This document shows, piece after piece, positions 55,829-64,000 of a DNA stretch of 64,000 nucleotides; the first letter of the stretch is position 1; every line of letters begins with the position of its first letter. The translations under genes were made by a program, and so were the position numbers. The notes below the pieces were generated by a model. That model saw nothing but the letters and a program-made list of their open reading frames with translations, searched no databases and had not been told where the DNA came from. The DNA is from a virus. Where the stretch lies: positions 14,579 through 78,578 of IMG/VR virus record IMGVR_UViG_3300009499_000114. The stretch is one strand, 5' to 3'.

Positions 55829-56737
55829 TCACCACGCCAGTTCTTGCACCCGCAAGCCTTCGGGCCAGAACTGCGTCTGGCTTCCCTTGCGGTCGCCGTG
55901 CTGATAGACGGTATGCATGTCGTCGGTCAGGGCAGCCTTGGCCCAATATGCGCCCAATTGTTTGATGAACGTTGGAATCTCATCTATCTGTGCTTGTTTG
56001 ATTAGTGATCGTACCCAGCGTAGGTTCATCGGGCGGGCAAGAGGACCGGATTCGCCGCCGATGATGAGCCCGGAAATATAGTCAGACCAGGCCATGTTAA
56101 ACAACCTATTACCGTCCTCATCAATTGGTAAGAAGAGATCTAGATCAATTGGTCCTAGTAATGGTTCAAAACTTACGAACCGCCGTCCAGGTATTTCTAT
56201 CAATGGTTGGATGAACTCATCGACATCTTTCTGCGTTGAGATGCTGACGCCGTGCCAGATGTGACCGCAGAGGCGTTCGTAATCGTTTGGCGTGTGCATA
56301 CGATTAACCTCGTCATCTGACGGCAAATCACTCCAAACCCAGTCAGTAAAAAACTTCTTCATCCTCTCCGGGCGCTTCGTCAGTACCAGAAACGTGTGCT
56401 GAGGAGCGTCATACATTGCTTGGTAGACTCGTCCCACGAAACTGAACGGCACCTGCGGATGAAATAAATCGCTCATCGAATCCACAAACCAGGTAGTTGG
56501 CTTCTTCGCCTTCATCGGCACGTCCAGCCGCTCGGGCACCAGATTCACCCGTCCCGTCCAGCCCCGCTCGTCTACCACGTCCTGGTACTCGGGCCGGCCC
56601 ATGGCCTTCAGCCGCATGGCCATGCACTCGGCGTAGCAGTGAGCACAGCCAGGGCTGACCTTGGAGCAGCCGACTGTCGGATTTAAAGAGCGGCCCTGGG
56701 TTCCGTCGGCGTTCTTCACCCATTCGATTTTAGTCAT
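55829..56737 (-). CDS. phage Gp37/Gp68 (DUF5131) family protein
   Basis: TKIEW..GCSKVSPGCAHCYA..SMSDLFH..LTKRP..SFEPLL..GGESG. Confidence 0.92.
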   Translation of the reverse strand: MTKIEWVKNADGTQGRSLNPTVGCSKVSPGCAHCYAECMAMRLKAMGRPEYQDVVDERGWTGRVNLVPERLDVPMKAKKPTTWFVDSMSDLFHPQVPFSFVGRVYQAMYDAPQHTFLVLTKRPERMKKFFTDWVWSDLPSDDEVNRMHTPNDYERLCGHIWHGVSISTQKDVDEFIQPLIEIPGRRFVSFEPLLGPIDLDLFLPIDEDGNRLFNMAWSDYISGLIIGGESGPLARPMNLRWVRSLIKQAQIDEIPTFIKQLGAYWAKAALTDDMHTVYQHGDRKGSQTQFWPEGLRVQELAW

Positions 56738-56773
56738 GATCCTCCCCATTCCATTGCACATTTGGCGGCAGGT

Positions 56774-57148
56774 TCACCTCGGGATGATATTATCGTAATC
56801 ACGTAATAGCTGGGATAGCCCCTCTACAGCACACTTATAAGCAGCTTGGCTATCCAACCCTTCGTGCTGCGCCTCCGAGTATTCCTCACCGACGACTCGG
56901 ATGCATTCAAGTGTAGTAGCATAGCGAATGAGGTTTGTTGCTATTCCGTATCGTTTCGTGGCAACCTCGTCATAGCCCAATCGCATGTGCTTCCCCGCTG
57001 AAAGCAACAAGGTTGGAGCTGACATCAATCTGTAGAGATGCCCCTGCGCCCGACAGGCAGGGCAATAAGATTCGCCCTCTGTCTCATAAATATTTCCGCA
57101 TTCGGAACAAGCCTTGAGTGTCATTATATCCTCCCCTGTTTTAGTCAT
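56774..57148 (-). CDS. Zn-ribbon hypothetical protein (paralog family A)
   Basis: Closely similar to 46998-47375. Confidence 0.75.
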   Translation of the reverse strand: MTKTGEDIMTLKACSECGNIYETEGESYCPACRAQGHLYRLMSAPTLLLSAGKHMRLGYDEVATKRYGIATNLIRYATTLECIRVVGEEYSEAQHEGLDSQAAYKCAVEGLSQLLRDYDNIIPR

Positions 57149-58653
57149 AACGCCGTCTTTCCGAACAGCGGCAGCCCCGCCAGCGCCCCCGCCGGCGTCC
57201 GCTTCAGCACCCGCACCGCCGCCTGGTCACGCAGGTACTCGCCGCTGATGTCCAGGCCCACGGCCCGCAGGCCCAGTTCCTTGGCGACCAGGAGAGTCGT
57301 CCCGGTCCCGGCGAAAGGGTCAAGCACTAGGCCGGGGACGTAGGGCAGGTCGGGGGCATCGCCGTGGCAGGTGCAGGTGGGGCGGAGGCCGAGGACATGG
57401 TTCTCTGGTGGTGTCCAGAACCAGCCGCTTTGCTGTGGTGGCTGGCCAACATGCCCGGTCCGTCCGTGCCGCTCACTGACTGGCAGCGTTTTCGGTTCAT
57501 ACTTTATAACAGGAGCCCACCCAGCTCCGCATGTTGGGCAGCACCTGGTCGGGCACGTCGCCCGGATCAGGGGCATGACCAGGCTCTTAGGAAAGACCGC
57601 GTAGTGGGGACCTGAGTATGATTCGGGTTTCGGCGTCAGGACGGAACGGGGGTTGCAGCCGGCGGGGTTGTAAGCGTTTGGGCTTCGGCCACTAGCCAGA
57701 CCAGCATATGCATGTGATTGGTCAATTCCACCAGTACAATGCTTACTATCGGGATGCTCAGGTGAATCATATTTCACCATTGCGTTCTGGTAACGTTCAG
57801 CACGTCCTATACTTTCTAGAGCTAATGTCTCCCTCACCGCCTCCTGATTCGCCCAGTACCCCATGGACTTCACGCACATAATCACCGTCTCGTGTGCTCG
57901 CGTGTGCCGCCAGCTTCCGCGCCTGAGCACGTAGCCGCCGTTCGGTTCGCAGCTCGGGCAGCCGGGGCAGTCAGTATATTCAGCCCAAGGATTATAGGCC
58001 AGGCCAGGACCAGCATCACCAGAGGTATTGCCGCTCTTCATTGCCCAATTCGTTGATCGTTTCCGCAAATTGCGCACTTTGACCTTATGTCGTTCCCACC
58101 TCGTTCCCGCCACGCTCTCGGGCATAGGTGCCAGCTTGTGCCAAATCGGGTCGTTGCGCACCAGCCAGCCATCGGCCTGAAGCGCGAGGGCCAGGCGGTG
58201 GGGGATGAACATTAGACTACCCTGCTTTATTTCGGGAAAGCCTACTTTATTCGGCCGCTCTTGACCCGCACCACATTTCTCAGTATATTGAACCAAGGGC
58301 GATTTAGTTTTGCCAGACCAGTAAGCGCAGTAGGAATCTCCCATTACTGCCCACATTACCCCGTCATCCCGCAGCACTCGATAGCATTCCCTGAAGCACA
58401 GTATCAAATGGGCGACATAGCTCACCGGGTCTGGCTCCAGTCCCAGGGCGCAGCGCATGGCCGGTACTTCGACTGGCGGCAGACCGGGCATGGGTGCGTA
58501 GGACACGGCGGGCCAGTCGCGTTCTTGCTGGCCTTGGTACTTCCGCAGAGACCAATAGGGCGGTGAAGTGACGACGCAATGCGCCGTACCGTCAACTAGC
58601 GGTATTCCATCCGCGCTCGCATTTAGCAAACTGATTGCTGTAGCGTTGTTCAT
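57145..58653 (-). CDS. N4-cytosine-type DNA methyltransferase (SPPY), mosaic
   Basis: VTSPPYW..HYAVFP..LDPFAGTGTT. Confidence 0.9.
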   Translation of the reverse strand: MNNATAISLLNASADGIPLVDGTAHCVVTSPPYWSLRKYQGQQERDWPAVSYAPMPGLPPVEVPAMRCALGLEPDPVSYVAHLILCFRECYRVLRDDGVMWAVMGDSYCAYWSGKTKSPLVQYTEKCGAGQERPNKVGFPEIKQGSLMFIPHRLALALQADGWLVRNDPIWHKLAPMPESVAGTRWERHKVKVRNLRKRSTNWAMKSGNTSGDAGPGLAYNPWAEYTDCPGCPSCEPNGGYVLRRGSWRHTRAHETVIMCVKSMGYWANQEAVRETLALESIGRAERYQNAMVKYDSPEHPDSKHCTGGIDQSHAYAGLASGRSPNAYNPAGCNPRSVLTPKPESYSGPHYAVFPKSLVMPLIRATCPTRCCPTCGAGWAPVIKYEPKTLPVSERHGRTGHVGQPPQQSGWFWTPPENHVLGLRPTCTCHGDAPDLPYVPGLVLDPFAGTGTTLLVAKELGLRAVGLDISGEYLRDQAAVRVLKRTPAGALAGLPLFGKTAL

Positions 58654-58725
58654 TTCACTTCCCTTCGACCGGAGACGGTTCCCCAGACCGCCCCCGGCCT
58701 TCCAAAGGAGGAGGAAGATGTCGAG

Positions 58726-58920
58726 TCACGGCATTTCCGACGCGAGGGTAGCAGCGTAGGGTGCCTTGCATTCTTCACACGAGTAATCGTATAGATTGAA
58801 GCATTCTCGCGCATGTTCGCAGGTGGGGCAATGAGTATAGGCAAAGTCTATCGATACGGCTCTGCCGTAGTACTCGCATGTCGGCGGCGGTTCTTCCTTG
58901 GTCTCTTTCCGCTCATCCAT
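58726..58920 (-). CDS. small Cys-rich hypothetical protein
   Basis: Overlaps the upstream ORF; CPTC..C..CEEC. Confidence 0.45.
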   Translation of the reverse strand: MDERKETKEEPPPTCEYYGRAVSIDFAYTHCPTCEHARECFNLYDYSCEECKAPYAATLASEMP

Positions 58921-59101
58921 CGGTTTTCACCTCTTCTTTCACGTACTCACCTTGCCGGGATTTCTGACAGACTGTGCACCGACACTCAATTGAATGCCCC
59001 GACTCTTGCTTCTTCTCGTTGAAAACACGGTTGCCAGGGCCATGCAATGAATCCTGGCCAGGATGACTACAGGTGCACGGCATTATTCGCGTCTTGCTCA
59101 T
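58913..59101 (-). CDS. small Zn-binding hypothetical protein
   Basis: CTC.H..QD..HG...RV.N..CTVC. Confidence 0.6.
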   Translation of the reverse strand: MSKTRIMPCTCSHPGQDSLHGPGNRVFNEKKQESGHSIECRCTVCQKSRQGEYVKEEVKTDG

Positions 59102-59448
59102 TTCCCTTTCCGTCCTTCCAAGACGCCCTTCGTCAGGACGTCCAGTCTCTCGATGATGTTGCCGACTTCGTCCGTGCTGACCCGGACTAGCTTCTCCCCG
59201 GCCAGCAGCAGTTCGGCCCGTCCCTGCGTGGTCCTGACGTCGCTGGTCAGCAGGGCTATGACCAGTTCAAGTCCGAGGGCGATCAGCGGGCTGGCCTGGC
59301 CGCCCTTGCGCACCGCGACGACTCCGCGCAGTCTGTCGAGGACGTGCCGCGGCAGCGAGATGTTCAGGCGGTCGCGGGTGGTCCGCCGCGCCTGGCCGCC
59401 CATCGATTTTGAGTAGAGTTTTGAGAGTTCTTCCTTGTCTATCGGCAT
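59098..59448 (-). CDS. RHH-like DNA-binding protein
   Basis: RLNISLPRHVLDRLR pattern; GAGGT RBS. Confidence 0.55.
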   Translation of the reverse strand: MPIDKEELSKLYSKSMGGQARRTTRDRLNISLPRHVLDRLRGVVAVRKGGQASPLIALGLELVIALLTSDVRTTQGRAELLLAGEKLVRVSTDEVGNIIERLDVLTKGVLEGRKGK

Positions 59449-59455
59449 ATTTACC

Positions 59456-59551
59456 TCATTTCCCCAGCGCGACCGAAATCGCGACGTAGCAACCTTGCAC
59501 GGCGAGGATAAGCACCAAGACGAATACCAAAGCTGTCAGGCTTCTTATCAT
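59456..59551 (-). CDS. 31-aa hydrophobic peptide
   Basis: MIRSLTALVFVLVLILAVQGCYVAISVALGK; fills the gap exactly. Confidence 0.45.
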   Translation of the reverse strand: MIRSLTALVFVLVLILAVQGCYVAISVALGK

Positions 59552-59903
59552 TTGCACTTGATGGGCTCCAGGTCTTCTTCCAGGCAGGTGACGGGCTCGG
59601 TCCACCTGTCGGATTTCCCCACGGGCTCGACCAGCCAGACTTTGTGGGACTTGTCAGGTGTCAGCCTGCTAGGCTCCATCTCGTCCCAGTCCCACGCATG
59701 GCCCGCTTCCCGGTAGCCCGTAAATCTGAACGTATAACCTATGACCATGCCGGTCCAAGATTCTTTTTCCACTATACGCACCAGATACCTTAAATTTCCC
59801 GATTGGTTTCCTGGCGGCATATGCAGGATTTGGTGTTCAATTCCCTGCATGCCGTAAGTCATCTCTACGCAGGCAACTACTTTCACGACATCACCTTTAT
59901 GCA
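59548..59903 (-). CDS. hypothetical protein
   Basis: Operonic packing; start approximate (MHKGDVV). Confidence 0.55.
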
Positions 59904-60136
59904 TGGTCCTTCTCCCCAACGGCCTTCATTTCTTCTTCTGTGATGCCGAATAGAAAAGCTGCTGCCTGAACTTCCTCTCGTGTCATGAATTCAGACCTGT
60001 GATGCCCCCATTCCTCGGTTGATCTATTCCACAGTTCGCAGGTAATTTCAACGAGATTTGAGGTCAGTTTGAGGGCTTGAATCCTGACGTGATCGGATTT
60101 GCTTATAGTTACAGTTTTTCTGTTTTTCATCCCCAC
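59897..60136 (-). CDS. hypothetical protein
   Basis: Operonic packing. Confidence 0.55.
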   Translation of the reverse strand: MGMKNRKTVTISKSDHVRIQALKLTSNLVEITCELWNRSTEEWGHHRSEFMTREEVQAAAFLFGITEEEMKAVGEKDHA

Positions 60137-61116
60137 AGCCTCCGCCCGTACCGCCGGTATCCTTCGGCGTTTGCGGTGATCGGGCGTTCGACCACCCGCG
60201 CCTGCCGAAACTGAGCCGCGATTCTGGGACCCATCAGCAAAGCCCCACCGCCGGTCACCAATACCGTCGTCAATTGTGCGCCACTACCCCAGGCCGAAGT
60301 CGCGCCGCCCACGATTTGGTCTATCAGATCTGACGACATCGTGTTGACGGTATCCGTGATATCCACCTTCTTGCCGTGGTATCTCACCCAGCCTTGAATA
60401 ATCGCCTTGGCTATCTCGTGGTCCCGCAGGTCCAGGTCAGGGCAGCGCTTGGCTAGATAGACCTGGATGCGCCGGGTCAGGTCCCAGCCGCCCACGTCGA
60501 TGAAGAACGTCTCCCTCGCAATCTCGTGCAGTGTTTCCGGGTCGGGTCGGTTGACGGCCTGGACGTTCGTGGTCTTTCCGCCCACGTCGATGCAGCCCAG
60601 GAGGTCCATGTACTCCTCGTTGACGAACTGGCCGTCATCGTCCAGTATCTCCGAGAAGACAGTGCCCAGGGGCTGGGGCAGGCTCACGCAATCCGTGACA
60701 TTGAACTGCTGCCAGTAGTCCCGGTCGCCCAGGCGGACGCGGTGCTCGCCCAAGAAGAGCTGCCTCTGTACCTCGTTATCTGAATAGTAGGCTAGGGGCA
60801 GGCCGGTGACAATCTGGACATCCACGTCAGTCTCGTCGGTCGCCTCGGCTAAAGCCGCAAGAAATAGGCGGTAGTAGAGCTTGCTCCTGATCCACGCCCG
60901 GTCCTCGCGCTTTGTCTCGAACCGGGACTGCTCTACGGCCTCGCCGCCCACTAGCCAGATGCCGTCGCTTGGTACTTCGACGATCCGGCCTGAACTGCCC
61001 CCGATGCTGAAGCGCGGGAGGTCTGGTGTACCGGACACACTCAGGAAGGATGCCTTACGACCGCCCTCCCTGTCCCACTTGGTCTGGTAGTACCCGATGT
61101 CGATTCCTATGATCAT
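60127..61116 (-). CDS. ParM/StbA-like actin-fold ATPase
   Basis: GIDIGYYQTK, TGLP, PQP, IDVGGKTT, TGGGA, NAEG. Confidence 0.92.
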   Translation of the reverse strand: MIIGIDIGYYQTKWDREGGRKASFLSVSGTPDLPRFSIGGSSGRIVEVPSDGIWLVGGEAVEQSRFETKREDRAWIRSKLYYRLFLAALAEATDETDVDVQIVTGLPLAYYSDNEVQRQLFLGEHRVRLGDRDYWQQFNVTDCVSLPQPLGTVFSEILDDDGQFVNEEYMDLLGCIDVGGKTTNVQAVNRPDPETLHEIARETFFIDVGGWDLTRRIQVYLAKRCPDLDLRDHEIAKAIIQGWVRYHGKKVDITDTVNTMSSDLIDQIVGGATSAWGSGAQLTTVLVTGGGALLMGPRIAAQFRQARVVERPITANAEGYRRYGRRLWG

Positions 61117-61167
61117 GATTTTCCCCTTTCCTTTCTGAGTTCATCCACTTCTTTGTCCAGCATCACA

Positions 61168-61479
61168 TCATTTCCGGTACTCTACGGGTTTCACGAGCAT
61201 TATCACGGTGTCCTCGCCACACGTTCCGCAGCGGAGAGTGGTCCCGCAGTCAAGTATCTCAACAGATATGAGAGAGTCGGACTCAATTGACCCACAGTGG
61301 GCGCAAACAAATTGCAATCTTCCACCAGGGACTTTCAATGGGCGCTTGAAGACGATTCTATCTTCTGTCAATTTCAAGACGAGTTCCCAACCTGCCCATC
61401 CCATTCCATCAAATTCTTTTATACTTCCCTTTCGGTGAGCTGTTGAGAGAATAGCATATTCCCATTTTTTCTCAGTCAT
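61168..61479 (-). CDS. DUF4177-like + Zn ribbon protein
   Basis: KWEY..GWELV..FKRP; CAHC..CGTC. Confidence 0.65.
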   Translation of the reverse strand: MTEKKWEYAILSTAHRKGSIKEFDGMGWAGWELVLKLTEDRIVFKRPLKVPGGRLQFVCAHCGSIESDSLISVEILDCGTTLRCGTCGEDTVIMLVKPVEYRK

Positions 61480-61810
61480 CGGTTTCGTCTCCTTTCATCA
61501 TCTCTTCTAGTGTTTCCGTTAGGCACCGGAATGCCAGGTGAGGATCCAATCCCTCATGGAAAGTCTCATAGTGCCCCCGCACCGCCGCGAGACATTCCTG
61601 TATGGCGGAGAGGCGCGCCAGCTTCAGCGCGAGGGCCATGTAGCGTTCGGCATGGATTTCCTGTTTCCTTACCGCGTAGGATTTGGCCACCGCCGCCAGC
61701 AGGCTTGCCGGCATCATCATGATGAAGCCGTCCCCGCACTCGGGGCAGATTTCGCCGGGCGTCTCGTTATCCTGGACGTGCTCGCACTTCGGGCATATCT
61801 CCCAGGTCAT
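61472..61810 (-). CDS. Zn-ribbon hypothetical protein (distant family A)
   Basis: MTWEICPKC..CPEC..ECL..HEGLD..AFRC. Confidence 0.65.
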   Translation of the reverse strand: MTWEICPKCEHVQDNETPGEICPECGDGFIMMMPASLLAAVAKSYAVRKQEIHAERYMALALKLARLSAIQECLAAVRGHYETFHEGLDPHLAFRCLTETLEEMMKGDETDD

Positions 61811-62046
61811 TGAGATTCATCCTTTAGTTGCTCTGGATCCGCAAGTCCCCGGGCGATTTTATAATCAAATACATGGTTAGTTGGTACTAATTCGGTCCAT
61901 GCCATGACTTTCTGATCTTCCTCAGCGACTTTTTCACAATGCATACCTGCAAGTTCAGCCGTCGTGCAAACGGAGCGCAATGTTATGAAATCATTTTCAT
62001 CCATGTCCCACACAAACCAGACATCTTTTTCCTCTGATAACATCAT
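61807..62046 (-). CDS. hypothetical protein
   Basis: ATGA overlaps. Confidence 0.55.
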   Translation of the reverse strand: MMLSEEKDVWFVWDMDENDFITLRSVCTTAELAGMHCEKVAEEDQKVMAWTELVPTNHVFDYKIARGLADPEQLKDESQ

Positions 62047-63191
62047 TCTTTCCTTTCTGGCAGTTGTCCCAGTACCTTGAACGCTTTGGGTAAGGAAATG
62101 TTCAACTTCTGAGTCAGAATATACGCTAGTCCACTGTCTGTCCCTGGATGTTCTAATTTGATTCTCTCCGCCTCGACGATGAGTTCCGGGTCTATCATGC
62201 TGCTAATAGGATTCTCAACAGTTGGCATATTCTCATCTTTGAGTAAACTCCCCTGTACCTTCACTTCGGCCAGTTCCGTCTCAGCCTCCAGCACCATCAG
62301 GCGCATCTGCGCGTCCGTCAGAAGCTCGGACATCATCGCTTCCTCGTCGGGCGTCGGGATCTCGCCGGGCATGGGATTCGCCAAGTCGCAGCCTTCCTCA
62401 AGGTATCGGTTGATGTCGTCCCAGGTACAATGCGGTATACGCCGGGGCAGCCGGCGTGAGATGACCCACTTGTCGGTCTCTTTGTTGACTTTCATCTGTC
62501 CTAATCGTTCCTTGAGCACGAGGCCGGCAGGCGCGCCGTCGGGATTGGAGGGTTCATGAACGAGCCAGACGAAAAGCTGAGACAGGCGGTAAAGTATCTT
62601 CTTGCCGGAAGGGATGACTTTGCTCACGATGCGCTGCTTGCCTTCCCAGGGCGTCCTAACGTTTGTAATGAAGAAAACAGTTTCTACACCGCGCTGGTGC
62701 ACAGCGGCAATGGCATTTTGATATAGCGGGAAGACTCCTTCAGTCCACATCTTGCCGTAAGCCTCACTACTATACCCGGTCTGCTTCCGCCGTGGTTGCA
62801 CCCAGGCCGCCATGCCAGCCTCAAAGTTCTCAGCCGGGTCATGGATGTAGACTGAATACTTGTCAGGTTCCAGGTTCTGGGCTAAGTCATTTATGACCCA
62901 GGAATAATATCCCTCAAGAGTACTGCGTTCAGTTTCGGTGACCCACGGCAATTTCCCCTGTCCAATGCGGGATAAGAGATCACTATCCGGCAGATCTGAG
63001 AATCGGGCATTCAAATCTACATATCGCCCGAATGCTAGTCCATTCTTCTTTAATTCCTCAACGATGTGATTGGCTGAATTCTCAGCATCGTGATAGTAGA
63101 TTTGGTTCACTTCAGATGGCGGCTTATAACTTGCCGCCAGGGTCGTCTTACCCGTGCCGCGCGCGCCGGTGATGACGATGAGTGAATTCAT
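62043..63191 (-). CDS. P-loop ATPase, Sak4/AAA_24-like recombination protein
   Basis: ITGARGTGKT; YHDAENS; YIHD; LKER. Confidence 0.7.
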   Translation of the reverse strand: MNSLIVITGARGTGKTTLAASYKPPSEVNQIYYHDAENSANHIVEELKKNGLAFGRYVDLNARFSDLPDSDLLSRIGQGKLPWVTETERSTLEGYYSWVINDLAQNLEPDKYSVYIHDPAENFEAGMAAWVQPRRKQTGYSSEAYGKMWTEGVFPLYQNAIAAVHQRGVETVFFITNVRTPWEGKQRIVSKVIPSGKKILYRLSQLFVWLVHEPSNPDGAPAGLVLKERLGQMKVNKETDKWVISRRLPRRIPHCTWDDINRYLEEGCDLANPMPGEIPTPDEEAMMSELLTDAQMRLMVLEAETELAEVKVQGSLLKDENMPTVENPISSMIDPELIVEAERIKLEHPGTDSGLAYILTQKLNISLPKAFKVLGQLPERKE

Positions 63192-63460
63192 TTTTGGTTA
63201 TCCTCCTCAACCAGTCGCACTTCGGCCCACTTGCCGCTTGGCATCTGCACAATGTCAATGTGTTCGTGTTTACCGTCCTTCGGCTTTAGCCCGCCGTAGT
63301 AGGCCGGCGTATCGGTGGCAAAGGCAATCTGGGCAAAATCCTCAGAGTCAAATATCCGCCCTGTGAGCTCATATAGTTCTCCATTTATCCATCTTGTGTA
63401 TCTCATGTTTGTCTTCTCGTTCATTCTCGTATTAGCCTCCCCCCGAGCCATTTCTGCCAC
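63188..63460 (-). CDS. hypothetical protein
   Basis: Operonic packing. Confidence 0.5.
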   Translation of the reverse strand: MAEMARGEANTRMNEKTNMRYTRWINGELYELTGRIFDSEDFAQIAFATDTPAYYGGLKPKDGKHEHIDIVQMPSGKWAEVRLVEEDNQK

Positions 63461-64000
63461 TTCTCCACGGTCCCTCTGCCTATTCCCTCTGGGTACAGGC
63501 CGGGATCTTCATCGTAGAGTTCCGTGTCAGACATGAACGTGAAAATGTTTGACAGATTCTTTCCAAAGCGGTCCCATAACCGTCGACCTAATACCGGTCC
63601 TATCCCTGGCATCGAGATCAACGTGACTATCTGCGCGTCTTTGCTGGTCAGGCCGATAATGTCCCTAGCGGGATCCCTGGGCGCGATGACCTTGGTTCGC
63701 CTGCCGCTTTTCGCCCATTCCGCCAGGCGGACGTCGGCGTGCTTCAGCCAGGCACCCACCTGTTCGTCGGCCAGGGGCGGGGTGCAGTACCCGCCGTCGA
63801 GCTGCCAATCCTCGATGGTGGACTGGAAGGCGACCCAGGGAAAGCCCGTCTCCATTCCATTGGCGATGACGTTTCCAAGCACGTTGGGAACAAACCTCCC
63901 GGTGATGAGCAGCCAGGGTACGGCGTCCCACTGCCTCATCCTGTCCCAGAGCCGCCTGTAGTCCGGAATGCTGGACACCGCGTCCCTGCCACTTTTGCGC
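63421..64000 (-). CDS. ERCC4-like nuclease with HhH motifs (5' truncated)
   Basis: DFVSSI-like region before SSIPDYRRL; LLITG; MPGIGP and EGIGRG HhH motifs. Confidence 0.55.
   Translation of the reverse strand, partial: RKSGRDAVSSIPDYRRLWDRMRQWDAVPWLLITGRFVPNVLGNVIANGMETGFPWVAFQSTIEDWQLDGGYCTPPLADEQVGAWLKHADVRLAEWAKSGRRTKVIAPRDPARDIIGLTSKDAQIVTLISMPGIGPVLGRRLWDRFGKNLSNIFTFMSDTELYDEDPGLYPEGIGRGTVEKWQKWLGGRLIRE

Noticed and set aside
1-64000. tRNA/rRNA genes and alternative genetic code
   Set aside because: No cloverleaf or rRNA-like sequence was recognised by eye. Genes are full length in code 11 and use all three stop codons.

Overview
This window is about 64 kb of a tailed dsDNA (siphovirus-like) phage or prophage, with two convergent arms. 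The host is probably a Chloroflexi bacterium, inferred only from an 'IFLPIV' motif and a PTPTP lipoprotein. The + arm (1-44305) is the late region. It runs: probable portal C-terminus, MuF-like head protein with an ADP-ribosyltransferase-like tail, a ~1165-aa polyvalent prohead protease/scaffold, a Cys-rich major capsid protein, and a free-standing GIY-YIG endonuclease. A ~23-kb accessory block then separates the capsid gene from the head-tail connector. That block holds about 8 glycosyltransferase-like genes, GDP-fucose synthase, an NDP-sugar C-methyltransferase, nucleotidyl/cytidylyltransferases, two PhnD-PhnE phosphonate ABC pairs with no PhnC, and DNA MTases. Neck, tail tube, chaperone, tape measure and tail-tip genes follow. 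The - arm (44372-64000) is early/replication: three more DNA MTases, a DinG-like helicase, a PriCT-like protein, ASCH, an HNH-helicase moron, Gp37/Gp68, ParM-like actin, a Sak4-like ATPase and an ERCC4-like nuclease. The strongest candidates for novelty are (1) a phage-borne import-activate-transfer pathway for phosphonate-decorated glycans, present as two parallel modules; (2) the polyvalent head protease with nested in-frame starts; (3) MTase paralogs with shared flanks and swapped specificity segments; and (4) recurrent pseudoknot-like leader RNAs. All calls come from motif recognition by eye; no searches were run.
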